Position numbers and translations under genes: made by a program
Virus record (IMG/VR): IMGVR_UViG_3300033047_000016
Origin: a virus
Strand: one strand, 5' to 3'
Length of the DNA: 64,000 nt
Shown: positions 9,729-19,368 of the stretch, in pieces
Layout: each line of letters opens with the position of its first letter
Position numbering within the stretch: the stretch's first letter is position 1
The notes under the pieces: generated by a model
The model's input: the letters and a program-made list of their open reading frames with translations, nothing else
The model's database searches: none
What the model was told of the DNA's origin: nothing

Positions 9729-10346
9729 ATGAACGTACTATTTTTTGACACAGAAACAACCGGGCTTACGAAGCCAAAGTTGGATCACTGCCACCCAGAC
9801 CAGCCAATGCCTGTTCAGTTAGGTATGAAGTTGGATGCTGCAAACCGTGCGGAAATGGGTGCCGTTAACTTCATGATCAAAACTCATGGACAATGGAAAG
9901 TAGACCCTAAAGCTGCGGAAATCACTGGCATCACAAATGCTCTGGCTGACGAGTTTGGGACTGAGCTTATTTCTGCATACGAGGTGTGGCTCGATTACGT
10001 CGCCACAGCCGATATCTTGGTTGCGCACAATGCCGCGTTCGATATTGTAGTAATGCGTCACGCAGGAAAAGTGTATGCGGACGAAACCGGCACCGAATAC
10101 CGCGATCCGTTTGAAGGGAAGAAAGTTATCTGCACGATGCTTGCCAGCATTGATCTGATCAAGGCCACGCCAAAGAGGCGCAGGCAGTGGAAGTGGCCAA
10201 AACTGGAAGAGTGTACACAGAAGCTGTTTGGGTACAAATCTGACGGAGCACACGATGCGCTAGTGGACGTCAGAGACACAGCCAGAGTATTTTATTACCT
10301 CATGGATACGGGAGTATTCGAACGTGAGCAATCTAAAACTAAATGA
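9729..10346 (+). CDS. DEDDh 3'-5' exonuclease (DnaQ-like)
   Basis: FDTETTG, AHNAAFD, AHDALVD. Confidence 0.9.
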   Translation: MNVLFFDTETTGLTKPKLDHCHPDQPMPVQLGMKLDAANRAEMGAVNFMIKTHGQWKVDPKAAEITGITNALADEFGTELISAYEVWLDYVATADILVAHNAAFDIVVMRHAGKVYADETGTEYRDPFEGKKVICTMLASIDLIKATPKRRRQWKWPKLEECTQKLFGYKSDGAHDALVDVRDTARVFYYLMDTGVFEREQSKTK

Positions 10347-10358
10347 AGGTATTGTCCA

Positions 10359-11498
10359 GTGACTAAGACATATTTTGATGAACTGATCGCCAATGGTGTG
10401 CCGGATTCAATCCCACAAGATGGTTTTGCGTTCGAAGACCTTTACGACGAACACATTGCCAACAACCAAAAGACGTGGAAACAAGATCGTCGGTTGACAG
10501 TCGGTGCGTCTGAGTGCTTTGGGTGTATCCGTAAGACGTGGTTCACCAAGCGCGGACACGAGTTCGGCGTCAAGACAGACCCGGATCACGAAGACAATTG
10601 GGGTGCTATGGAACGTGGCAACATGATAGAAAACCACTTCATTGTCCCGGCAATGGAGAGTGGTCTGCGCCGACGTGGTATGGACTTGATCATGGCAGGA
10701 GACGGACAAGACACCATCATTGATGGCATCCATTCCGCGACACTTGACGGACTCGTTATCGACGCCCCTTCCGATGTTTTGGCATTCTACGATGTGCCTG
10801 ACATTAAGTCCGATTGTTTCAATCTTGAAATGAAATCGTTTGACCCGCGCCTGACGCTGGAACACGAAAAGCCGGTTCACCGTGGGCAGGTGCAAATGCA
10901 GATGGGATTGGTTCGTGACACCACGGACTACAAGCCAGAGTTCTCGGCTCTGATGTACATCAACGCATCTTGGTTGACAGACATGCGCTTGTTCCCTATT
11001 CCGTACGACGACGCGGTTTACAATATTGGGCGCGCCCGCAACGAAAAGGTTTTTGCAGAAGACACAGCCAACGCGTTTGCCACAGAAGGCAAGCTGGATG
11101 GCCTATGCAAGTACTGCAATTATCAGGACGCCTGCAACGAAATAACGCGGGAGCGGGTACCTTCAGCAAGAAAAGCGTTGAACAAGCAAGAAATCAGCGA
11201 ACAGGACCAGAAATTCATTGACAGCCTTACGCCCCTTGTGTTACAACGAAATACCCTCAGTAAAGTTGGTAAAGAAACAAAGGTCGCCCTTGAGGAAATC
11301 AACGAGCAAATCAGGCAAGCGTTGATCGCCAAGGGAGAAAGTCGCGTAGTTGGCGGAGATTGGAAAGTCACATACACATCACAGGCTGGACGAAAAACCC
11401 TGTCGAAAGCATTAATGATTGCTGACGGCGTTGACCCCGATAGATATATGCAGGAAGGCGGCAGCTTTGAAAAGCTGACTGTTACGGCAGTACAATGA
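10359..11498 (+). CDS. PD-(D/E)xK exonuclease (Cas4/YqaJ-like)
   Basis: GASE..GCIRK, ATLDG, LEMKS, QVQMQM, CKYC.YQDAC. Confidence 0.75.
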   Translation: MTKTYFDELIANGVPDSIPQDGFAFEDLYDEHIANNQKTWKQDRRLTVGASECFGCIRKTWFTKRGHEFGVKTDPDHEDNWGAMERGNMIENHFIVPAMESGLRRRGMDLIMAGDGQDTIIDGIHSATLDGLVIDAPSDVLAFYDVPDIKSDCFNLEMKSFDPRLTLEHEKPVHRGQVQMQMGLVRDTTDYKPEFSALMYINASWLTDMRLFPIPYDDAVYNIGRARNEKVFAEDTANAFATEGKLDGLCKYCNYQDACNEITRERVPSARKALNKQEISEQDQKFIDSLTPLVLQRNTLSKVGKETKVALEEINEQIRQALIAKGESRVVGGDWKVTYTSQAGRKTLSKALMIADGVDPDRYMQEGGSFEKLTVTAVQ

Positions 11499-11770
11499 AC
11501 GCAAAAGAACAAACATACATCGACACTATCTTTGCCAAGGCAACAGTGTCAATGCAAAAGGCCAAGAAAAAATTCCCCCAGCCAAATTATGTCGCGCTAA
11601 AAGTGGCAGAAGAAGCTGGTGAAGTTGTCCGTGCGGCAGTACATTACGCCGAGGATCGCCTAACTTGGGAAGAGCTTGAGGGTGAGGTGGTCCAAACCAT
11701 CGCCATGCTCTTGCGCTTACTGACTGAGGGTGATCAGGTCAATGGGGTGATCCCACCACATCTTAAATAG
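11495..11770 (+). CDS. MazG-like nucleotide pyrophosphohydrolase
   Basis: KVAEEAGEV ... ELEGEVVQ. Confidence 0.65.
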   Translation: MNAKEQTYIDTIFAKATVSMQKAKKKFPQPNYVALKVAEEAGEVVRAAVHYAEDRLTWEELEGEVVQTIAMLLRLLTEGDQVNGVIPPHLK

Positions 11771-11869
11771 AATTCCGCATGAGCGGATTGTCGTCACACT
11801 TGTCGGTGGGTGTGTCGGGTTAATTTAAGCACCGTCAAACAAGAGACCAAAAAACAAGGAAACCATACG

Positions 11870-12676
11870 ATGAGTAATTCACTGGTAGATCAGTCTGCAC
11901 AGAACGCAGTAATGAACCACGAAGGCGCTGACCCGTTCAGCGCAGGCGCGGAAGCCGGAATGTCCACCTACGTTAAGTTTCGTGGGGCCAGCGGCGAGTA
12001 TCTCGCAGGTTCGGACGAAGACGAAATCGCCCACGGTACTAAGTTCATCGCGAACATCTTTGAAGCGCGTTGGATTTGGTCGTTCTGGTGGGATGGCAAG
12101 GTGATGGGAACGGTTGATGAACTCCTTCGGGAACAACCGTTGCTGAATAAGCACATGCCAGACTTCTTGCCGGATGATCCTGAAGGCGACATTGATATGA
12201 CGCTGGACGAAATCCGCAAGATGCAGAAGGAAGACCCGGCTAATTTCCGGGACGGGTGGAGCATCCAAGCTTCGTTCGAAATGCTGTCCATGGACGGCAA
12301 CGACGAGGAATACACCATGCGCTTGGGTGGAGGAGTCAGCATTCGCGGCTTTGATGCACTGCGTAAGGCGTTTGGTCGTCGTTACAAGATCGAGGCCGGT
12401 AAAGACCCGGTTATCGAACTGACGACTAACAAGTACAAGTCGAAAGTGAAGGGTGTTGGTACTCGCCACGCCCCTGTGATGAAGATTGTTGACTGGCTGT
12501 CGCCGGAAGACATGATGGCCGCGACTGGCGAAAATGATGCAGACTATGATGATGATGTGGCGGACGCTCCGGCACAAGAGTCAGAAAAGGTAGCGGATAC
12601 GCCAGCAACGGAGAAAAGTGAGGCCCCCACAGGCCGCGCCGGACGCCGGGGTGCGCGCACCAAGAATCTTGGTTGA
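11870..12676 (+). CDS. Putative ssDNA-binding protein
   Basis: Replication context, acidic low-complexity C-terminal region, AAGGA RBS. Confidence 0.55.
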   Translation: MSNSLVDQSAQNAVMNHEGADPFSAGAEAGMSTYVKFRGASGEYLAGSDEDEIAHGTKFIANIFEARWIWSFWWDGKVMGTVDELLREQPLLNKHMPDFLPDDPEGDIDMTLDEIRKMQKEDPANFRDGWSIQASFEMLSMDGNDEEYTMRLGGGVSIRGFDALRKAFGRRYKIEAGKDPVIELTTNKYKSKVKGVGTRHAPVMKIVDWLSPEDMMAATGENDADYDDDVADAPAQESEKVADTPATEKSEAPTGRAGRRGARTKNLG

Positions 12677-12695
12677 CACGTAGATTCTAATGAAA

Positions 12696-12729
12696 TAAGG
12701 TAAGCCCATCCCGACATGGGCTTACCTTA
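12696..12729. promoter_or_regulatory. Perfect 14-bp hairpin with CCCGAC loop
   Basis: TAAGGTAAGCCCAT-CCCGAC-ATGGGCTTACCTTA, intergenic. Confidence 0.6.
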
Positions 12730-12751
12730 ATCACATCACAAGGAGATAACT

Positions 12752-13066
12752 ATGTTTATTACACCAAAGACCGTGGCCCAAGCAATCGCGCCATTTGAGA
12801 AGATCAAGACCAACTTGAAGATTGTTCTGGATGCACAGCGTGCACGGAAGGCTAGTGCGGAAAGTCGTATCAAGACCGCCCGCGCAACCGTTAAGCAGGT
12901 CGAGAACACCGAGAATGCAACAATCAAGTCCGCCGTGGAAGAAGAACTCCGCGCCGCAGCCTTGATCGCAAATCTCGAAAAGTTGTTCAGTGCTGACGCT
13001 CCCGTCAATGTTGATGCCATGTCGCCATCCAAAAAGGCCGACGCCGGACACAAACTGGAAAGCTAA
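12752..13066 (+). CDS. Hypothetical coiled-coil protein
   Basis: AAGGAG RBS; Ala/Lys/Glu-rich. Confidence 0.75.
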   Translation: MFITPKTVAQAIAPFEKIKTNLKIVLDAQRARKASAESRIKTARATVKQVENTENATIKSAVEEELRAAALIANLEKLFSADAPVNVDAMSPSKKADAGHKLES

Positions 13067-13070
13067 GCAA

Positions 13071-14462
13071 ATGGGCATTACGCTTACAGATCATCAGTGG
13101 GCCGCTGTGAAGCGGGCCGCTGATTGGTATGAGAATGCCAGTCAGCACTACGAACCGAGTTATGATCGGTTCTTCGGAGACACAACAGAAGATAGTTCAG
13201 TCGTTGGCCAGTCTTTTGTGTTCGCAGGATATGCCGGATCGGGTAAATCAACCTGTGTTGGCACAATGATCGACCACCTGAAATTGACCGAAGAACAGGT
13301 CATGTACATGGCACCGACAGGCAAGGCGGCGAAAGTCTTGACCGGTAAGCTGCGTGCTGATGGGTGGAACCAACCGGCTACGACAATCCACAAAGCTATT
13401 TATATGCCGCGTGGAGCCAAGGCTGACGTTATCCAAAAGGATTTGGAAGCAGCAGAAATGGCACTCGAAACGCGCCGTGACGCCGACAGTGATGCTGACG
13501 ACAGATTCGAGGCTATGTCAGATCGAGAGCTTGAAGTGCGTGTGGCAGAACTTGAAAATGCACTGCGTGAAGCAATGGATTCTGAGGGACCATCATTCGC
13601 CCTCAAGCGCCCAGAGGATATACCTCCGGGAATCAAGCTATTCGTTGTTGATGAAGCGTCAATGGTAGGCACAGAAGTGGCCAACGATCTTCTACGATTC
13701 AACGTCCCTGTGCTGGCTATCGGCGACCCCGGACAGTTGCCGCCCGTGGCAGACGAGTGGGGTTTTGCCATGGAAGAACCAGACGTTTTCCTGACAGAAA
13801 TTCATCGGCAAGCTGCTGACAATCCGATAATTCGGCTGGCGACGCTGGCGCGAAAGGGTGAGTTGTTGCGCCCCGGTGACTACGGTGATGGTGTGAAGGT
13901 CGTGAAGAGGCAAGACGACGACGTTACCCTAAACATGGATCGTGATGCCATGATACTTGTTGGCACACACAAAAAGCGGTGGATGATCACCAAGAAAATT
14001 CGGGCGGCTTTAGGTATCACTGCCACCGGCCCGATGGCTGGTGAACCAATCTTGGTGAACAAGAACTCTCGCCAATTCCCATCACTGGTAAACGGTACCA
14101 TCCTCATGAACACGACTGATCACGGAGACTTGATCGGCGGAAACACTCGTATTAAACTGGACCTTTTGGACCCAGAGGCGGAGAACCTTCCGTACGGATT
14201 GTGGGGCGCGCAGTGCTTCTTTGAAGAGCACTTGTTCCGCAAGCGCAACAGCTATAGTGGGTCACCACAAGAAGTGTTTCGCGCTAAGGTATCGTGTGAG
14301 CAAATGGATTGGGGCCACGTGCTGACGGTCCACAAGTCGCAGGGATCGGAATGGGACGACGTTGTCGTGCACGACGAAAGTGGTGTGTTCAGGGATCAAG
14401 GGGCGCGGTGGCTGTATACTGGAATCACGCGTGCGGCAAAGCAGCTAACGGTGGTGATATGA
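13071..14462 (+). CDS. RecD/Dda-like SF1B helicase
   Basis: GYAGSGKS, APTGKAA, TIHK, VDEASMV, GDPGQLPPV, HRQ, TVHKSQGSEW, YTGITRA. Confidence 0.92.
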   Translation: MGITLTDHQWAAVKRAADWYENASQHYEPSYDRFFGDTTEDSSVVGQSFVFAGYAGSGKSTCVGTMIDHLKLTEEQVMYMAPTGKAAKVLTGKLRADGWNQPATTIHKAIYMPRGAKADVIQKDLEAAEMALETRRDADSDADDRFEAMSDRELEVRVAELENALREAMDSEGPSFALKRPEDIPPGIKLFVVDEASMVGTEVANDLLRFNVPVLAIGDPGQLPPVADEWGFAMEEPDVFLTEIHRQAADNPIIRLATLARKGELLRPGDYGDGVKVVKRQDDDVTLNMDRDAMILVGTHKKRWMITKKIRAALGITATGPMAGEPILVNKNSRQFPSLVNGTILMNTTDHGDLIGGNTRIKLDLLDPEAENLPYGLWGAQCFFEEHLFRKRNSYSGSPQEVFRAKVSCEQMDWGHVLTVHKSQGSEWDDVVVHDESGVFRDQGARWLYTGITRAAKQLTVVI

Positions 14463-14662
14463 TACAAGAAGAAGACGTTGAATATATTCGCAAGAATACA
14501 GACATGCTGGGAACGGTATTAAGTGTTGACTCCGATGATTTGGCTGTATACATTCAAGACCTAAGTGAACTGGTACTGAAAATGGCCGCACAAATTAAAG
14601 AACAGCAAGCGAAACTAACATCGCTTGAGAACCGCCTATGGATGGCAATGAACGAAGGTTAA
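14459..14662 (+). CDS. Hypothetical protein
   Basis: ATGA overlap with helicase stop. Confidence 0.65.
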   Translation: MIQEEDVEYIRKNTDMLGTVLSVDSDDLAVYIQDLSELVLKMAAQIKEQQAKLTSLENRLWMAMNEG

Positions 14663-14664
14663 CT

Positions 14665-15348
14665 ATGACGACACCTATTGTAGTGGCATTCACTGGGAAG
14701 CGCGGTTCTGGTAAATCCGAAGCGGCGCGAGTTCTGGTAGAGAAACTTGGTTTCCGTGAACTTAAATTTGCGGACCAATTGAAGAACATGCTTCGCGCCA
14801 TGTACCAGACATGTGGCGTTGATGTTAACACGGTCGAACGCAAGATCGAGGGCGACCTAAAAGAGGTTCCGTGTGAATGGCTTATGGGGAAGACTCCACG
14901 CTATGCCATGCAAACACTTGGCACTGAATGGCGCAACATGATCAACACACAGTTGTGGTCAGAAATGTTCAGGAAGGCTGTTCTGTCTGGTAATCTTGGA
15001 GACAGGATCGTTTGTTCTGATTATCGCTTCGAGCACGAAGGGGTGATTCTAGATGAGCTTGGTGCCGTCAAATATCGCATCGTTCGCCCGACCGCTGACG
15101 CGGTCTCAGATAAAGCATCACAGCACGCATCTGAAACGGAGCTTGATAATATCCCTACAGACTTCGACATCATAAATGACAGAAGTATCGGTGATCTACA
15201 AGTATCCGTGCTGGAACTAGTCATGGATGGAATGAAAATTAGTGGTATCAATGTGTTTCCAACACGTTACCCAGAGGGTGGGTGCATGTCCAAACCACTA
15301 GACGAAGACTGGTTTAAACACAATCATCAAACAGTTCGGATAGACTGA
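14665..15348 (+). CDS. Deoxynucleoside monophosphate kinase
   Basis: GKRGSGKS, FADQLK, TPRYAMQTLGTEW, SDYRFEHE, HASE. Confidence 0.9.
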   Translation: MTTPIVVAFTGKRGSGKSEAARVLVEKLGFRELKFADQLKNMLRAMYQTCGVDVNTVERKIEGDLKEVPCEWLMGKTPRYAMQTLGTEWRNMINTQLWSEMFRKAVLSGNLGDRIVCSDYRFEHEGVILDELGAVKYRIVRPTADAVSDKASQHASETELDNIPTDFDIINDRSIGDLQVSVLELVMDGMKISGINVFPTRYPEGGCMSKPLDEDWFKHNHQTVRID

Positions 15349-15824
15349 TGTACCGAAACGACTCGATAACTGCTACCCAGATCGAAGACGCTCTATTCAA
15401 GAGACACGACAAAGATATGTGTTTTCGCGAATTACGCCTGTCGTCTGGGTTTGCAAATCAGAGTCGTGTTGATTTCTTGGCGCTGAACGTCGCCCCTTCT
15501 ACAGGCAATAAGGTAGATGCGTACGAGATTAAAATCTCTCGCGCCGACTTTCGCCGGGATTCCTTCATCAAACAGCGCGGCGCTAGACTGTTTTCTGATC
15601 GGTTCTGGTACATCGCCCCGGTTGATATAATCCCTCGCGACGAGATTCCAGATTGGGCTGGATTGCTTGAGATTGACTGGCACTGTTACAAATATACCAG
15701 TTCCAAACCTTTCTTAAGAATTAAAGAGGTGATTTCTGCGCCTAAGCGTGATAAGGACATCCCAGCATGGGGCCTTGTTGTGTCAATGGTACGCAACGCA
15801 GTGAAGGAGAGTAATCGTGAATGA
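15348..15824 (+). CDS. MmcB-like PD-(D/E)xK nuclease
   Basis: RVDFLA...YEIKISRADF..D...FWYIAP...EIPDWAGL. Confidence 0.75.
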   Translation: MYRNDSITATQIEDALFKRHDKDMCFRELRLSSGFANQSRVDFLALNVAPSTGNKVDAYEIKISRADFRRDSFIKQRGARLFSDRFWYIAPVDIIPRDEIPDWAGLLEIDWHCYKYTSSKPFLRIKEVISAPKRDKDIPAWGLVVSMVRNAVKESNRE

Positions 15825-16068
15825 TGCGGAATTCAGCATAGCCGGAGAGCTTAGAGAGTGGCGTAAGCACGTATGCCGGTCTGATGGAACATACGTGCTA
15901 TGGGGCTTCATTTACGACGACGTTCGTAACAGATTTCCAGATGGTCAGTGGGTGCACACCTCCCGCATTGATAATATTGTTGGGGACTTGGCCTACACAT
16001 TTACTGGATCGGTCTACCGATTGGTCGGAGATAAGGCAGGAGAGGACGTTAACATATGGGCATCCTGA
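15817..16068 (+). CDS. Hypothetical phage protein
   Basis: GFIYDD.RNRFPDG..VHTS; RBS and overlaps. Confidence 0.7.
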   Translation: MNDAEFSIAGELREWRKHVCRSDGTYVLWGFIYDDVRNRFPDGQWVHTSRIDNIVGDLAYTFTGSVYRLVGDKAGEDVNIWAS

Positions 16069-16406
16069 AATTAGCTGCACTGTTGTTTGTTGGGGCATGC
16101 GCGTCAGCGCCTGCCTACGCCGGAAATGATCAATTGATACACTTCATCTGTGAGACACCAGACGAAGTTATTCCAGTGATCCACATGGTTGAAGGTGGTG
16201 ACCTTGTATATGGAATCACCGATCTACCCGGATCGTGTCAGTGGGCCAGAGACGTATATCCAGAAATGCACGCCCGCGTGGGTTCGATTGGAAAGTTATT
16301 TGAAAGCGTCCGTCTGGATAATGGCGACCGTGTGTGGGTCGGAGAAGTTACCATGCCTAATGGCAAGGTCCATTACTCGGCAGGATATTACAATTTAGTG
16401 TCTTAG
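16056..16406 (+). CDS. Small putative exported protein
   Basis: Signal peptide LKLAALLFVGACASAPAYA. Confidence 0.7.
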   Translation: MGILKLAALLFVGACASAPAYAGNDQLIHFICETPDEVIPVIHMVEGGDLVYGITDLPGSCQWARDVYPEMHARVGSIGKLFESVRLDNGDRVWVGEVTMPNGKVHYSAGYYNLVS

Positions 16407-16415
16407 GGGATACAC

Positions 16416-16670
16416 ATGATCGAGAGATTGCAGAGAGAGATACGCGAACGCGAAGAGCTTATTGCGAAGATTAGAAAAGAATGTGCCCACCCGGAGTCCG
16501 CCGTTGATATAGAGCCTACTTCGGTGCGCCACAGTGTATATGAAGACAGCGATGATGGATTCATTGGCGGATTTGTTGAAAAGACTCTGGAGGGCGAGCG
16601 GCACCATTGTGGCCTGTGTGGCAGCATCTGGACCATGGTGGATGGGGCGGTATGGACCAGAATGTGGTAA
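16416..16670 (+). CDS. Hypothetical Zn-ribbon protein
   Basis: CAH...CGLC. Confidence 0.65.
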   Translation: MIERLQREIREREELIAKIRKECAHPESAVDIEPTSVRHSVYEDSDDGFIGGFVEKTLEGERHHCGLCGSIWTMVDGAVWTRMW

Positions 16671-16804
16671 CCGGACAAATAACCGGCAACAAACATCGGC
16701 AAAAATAGCTATTGACATCATTAAGCCTTTGTGCGAAAACATTAATACAGAAAACAAAGTCGGCAACGAACCGGCCAAACAACCGGCAAAATAAGTGGCA
16801 AACC
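16669..16804 (+). repeat. Seven degenerate YCGGCAA-type repeats around a TTGACA element
   Basis: Copies near 16669, 16681, 16694, 16758, 16769, 16781, 16794. Confidence 0.7.
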
Positions 16805-16808
16805 AGAT

Positions 16809-17447
16809 ATGAAGACGTGCACCAAATGTCACATACCAGCGCCAGAAGTGGGTATTGGTACTAACAGATATTGGTGCAAGAAGTGTCGAGCCAAAGCCGC
16901 AAGAGACTCCCGAAAAAAGCCAGAGGTAAAGTCCAAGTCCAAGTCCAAGTCCAAGTTAAAACTTAAGCGTCTATCTGAAATAACCGATACAGAAAAGACG
17001 TGTGTAGACTGTCGTGAGTGGAAGGCACATAGTGAGTTTCACAAAAGCAAGAGAGGGCGGAGAGGGCTAAGCGCTTACTGTAAACCCTGTGTGAAGAAAA
17101 GATATTATGATGCAGATAAAAGTCGAGAAGCCTCTACCCGGTACAGAAAAAACCATCCAGAAAGACGCAGATCGCAGCAAAGGCTATATCAATTCAAGAG
17201 GCGCACTCAGATAGAAATAACGAGTGACAAGTCTGTGACCGATGCCTTCTTAAAACAATTGTATGCCCAAACGCATTGCCATTATTGCAAAAAACCTATA
17301 CAACGAAAGCATAGAACCGCAGATCACAAGACTCCGCTATCCAGAAATGGTGCGCACACGGCGACAAATTTAACGATGGCGTGTGGAACATGCAACAGTA
17401 AAAAAAGAAACCTAACAGAACAAGAGTTCAAGGACAAAACAGAATGA
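16809..17447 (+). CDS. Free-standing HNH homing endonuclease
   Basis: Repeated CxxC, CHYC...DHKTPLSRNGAH...NL..AC..CN..K. Confidence 0.9.
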   Translation: MKTCTKCHIPAPEVGIGTNRYWCKKCRAKAARDSRKKPEVKSKSKSKSKLKLKRLSEITDTEKTCVDCREWKAHSEFHKSKRGRRGLSAYCKPCVKKRYYDADKSREASTRYRKNHPERRRSQQRLYQFKRRTQIEITSDKSVTDAFLKQLYAQTHCHYCKKPIQRKHRTADHKTPLSRNGAHTATNLTMACGTCNSKKRNLTEQEFKDKTE

Positions 17448-18397
17448 CAATAACAGCAAAAGTTATCGCCGATAGTATCGGCCCAAACACCTCCCGCCTC
17501 ACCACCTTTCAATTGAAATACCCACGGTTCATTCATGCTGAATTTTTAACTCACCGCCAGTTTAGCCGGAACGCATCGTCCAGTCGAGCCATCCCTGTTG
17601 AGAAGCAAATTCAGATGATCCGCGAAGACACAGCGATGCCTATTCATTGGGGCAAGAATCAGAAGGGCATGCAGGCGGACGAGGCAACCGATGCACCAGT
17701 CAATCTGTGTAAAGCAACACAAGGATACGACCGAGTATACAGAGATTTCACGGCGCAGGAAGCGTGGCTTGAAGCCCGCGACCGGGCGATTGAGGTTGCT
17801 GAAGCTTTTGTTAAGGCGGGTTACCACAAGCAAATCGTCAACCGCATTCTCGAACCATTTTCTCACATTGTTGTAGTGGTCACAGCGAGTCAGTACGACA
17901 ATTTCTTTGCATTACGTTGCCACCCAGACGCCCAGCCGGAGATTCGGGCACTGGCTGACGCTATGTATGCTGCGAGAGATTCGTCAATACCGCGCTACCT
18001 TCCCGTTGCTCTGGATTCAAGAGAACAATTAACAACATCAAATTGGCATTTGCCATATGTAACTGAGCAGGAACAAATCCAAAATCAGCATGAACCTTCC
18101 GTGTATCCGATAGGCAATTTAATCAAGTGCAGCGCCGCACGTTGCGCGCGTGTGAGCTATCTGACACATGATGGGGCCTCTCCATCCTTAGAAGCTGACT
18201 TGGCACTGCACGACCGCCTTGTTGGGTCTCAGCCTATTCACGCGTCCCCTACAGAACACCAAGCAACGCCTGACACCAGAATATGGGTCGAAGACCTAGA
18301 TATGTGGGAGCACCCATACTTGCATGGCAACCTCAGTGGGTGGCAGCAATATCGCAAGATGATTGATGGAGAATGTGTCGCCACCTACGTCCGATGA
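17444..18397 (+). CDS. thyX: Flavin-dependent thymidylate synthase
   Basis: EFLTHRQFSRNASSSRAIP, HKQIVNR, AQPEIR, ARCARVSY, HASPTEH. Confidence 0.92.
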   Translation: MTITAKVIADSIGPNTSRLTTFQLKYPRFIHAEFLTHRQFSRNASSSRAIPVEKQIQMIREDTAMPIHWGKNQKGMQADEATDAPVNLCKATQGYDRVYRDFTAQEAWLEARDRAIEVAEAFVKAGYHKQIVNRILEPFSHIVVVVTASQYDNFFALRCHPDAQPEIRALADAMYAARDSSIPRYLPVALDSREQLTTSNWHLPYVTEQEQIQNQHEPSVYPIGNLIKCSAARCARVSYLTHDGASPSLEADLALHDRLVGSQPIHASPTEHQATPDTRIWVEDLDMWEHPYLHGNLSGWQQYRKMIDGECVATYVR

Positions 18398-18639
18398 AGG
18401 CCACGATAACCTTCACTGACCGGGGTGCTAGGACGGTAGAATTCGACCTAGATATCGACGTTCCAGATGAGGACAAAGACTTGGATCGCCCAACTCCGGC
18501 GGCGATCCTGTCCCTCGCCACCAAGGCCATGTTCGAAAACGGAATGCTCGCAAGGGCTGGGCAAATAGCATTGGAGGGCGCTTCAGATGGGATAAACCCG
18601 GCAGACGCAATCAAAGCGCACTTTAAAGAGAATAAATAA
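18394..18639 (+). CDS. Hypothetical protein
   Basis: ATGA overlap with thyX. Confidence 0.65.
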   Translation: MKATITFTDRGARTVEFDLDIDVPDEDKDLDRPTPAAILSLATKAMFENGMLARAGQIALEGASDGINPADAIKAHFKENK

Positions 18640-18640
18640 A

Positions 18641-18997
18641 ATGACAGCACCAACACGTGACGATCTTATAAATTTACGTGAGACTGAGGGCATGACGCGA
18701 GAACAAATCGCTAAGCATTACAATGTAAGTCTCACAACGGTACGCCGCTGGATCAAAGACATGAACATACCACGCCCGACCAAGCAGGCGCGGAACACAC
18801 ACGCGAGCCACCTAACAAGATTTGGAGAGATTGTCGCTGAACCCGATGATGGGATCACGGTAATGGAGCGCGCAGAAACTATTCTTGGTGCACGGCTCAC
18901 TGTACGGCGTGGGTATGGATATTACCTAGATGGTAAACCAGCCAATACGGAAAAGGTAATTCGCACGGCTGGGCTAAAATTTAAGGATGAGAAATGA
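18641..18997 (+). CDS. Helix-turn-helix DNA-binding protein
   Basis: MTREQIAKHYNVSLTTVRRWI. Confidence 0.8.
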   Translation: MTAPTRDDLINLRETEGMTREQIAKHYNVSLTTVRRWIKDMNIPRPTKQARNTHASHLTRFGEIVAEPDDGITVMERAETILGARLTVRRGYGYYLDGKPANTEKVIRTAGLKFKDEK

Positions 18998-19203
18998 CTA
19001 TGAACATCGAGAGAACATCGGACGAGTGGTTGGCACAACCAGCGTTTTCAGGGGTACTTATAATGGACCCAGACGGTTGGGACCGAAAGAATCTGGAACA
19101 AAGTTGGGGCGAGAAGATTACACAACGAGAGTTTGAATCTCGCATGATTCGGAGTACTGTGCAAATTCTACCAGACAGCCCGATGCACCCAAGAAATATG
19201 TGA
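18994..19203 (+). CDS. Hypothetical protein
   Basis: IMDPDGWDR; ATGA overlap. Confidence 0.7.
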   Translation: MTMNIERTSDEWLAQPAFSGVLIMDPDGWDRKNLEQSWGEKITQREFESRMIRSTVQILPDSPMHPRNM

Positions 19204-19368
19204 AACATAACCCTGTGGCTCTTGACAGTGGTTTAGTTTGACTCTGGCTAATTATTGGCCTACGTTACTAGAACATGCTACCAGTGTAGCAACCCCCACA
19301 ACCTATTGTGCCGTAACACGCGCCGACCGGCCTGCGTGACGGCATCTTTTGTTCAATTGGAGAACTTC

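Noticed and set aside
10359-11498. CRISPR-associated Cas4
   Set aside because: Solo phage exonuclease context; no array or other cas genes
6003-11770. 2-aminoadenine (Z) genome system suggested by HD hydrolase, MazG and Pol A
   Set aside because: No PurZ in the window; the HD protein has YfbR/YfdR-type motifs common in ordinary phages
19255-19368. N-terminal extension of nrdJ from the ORF track (also 6496, 11810, 12990, 45073 starts)
   Set aside because: Downstream ATGs have an RBS or better spacing, and the extensions overlap leaders or other genes
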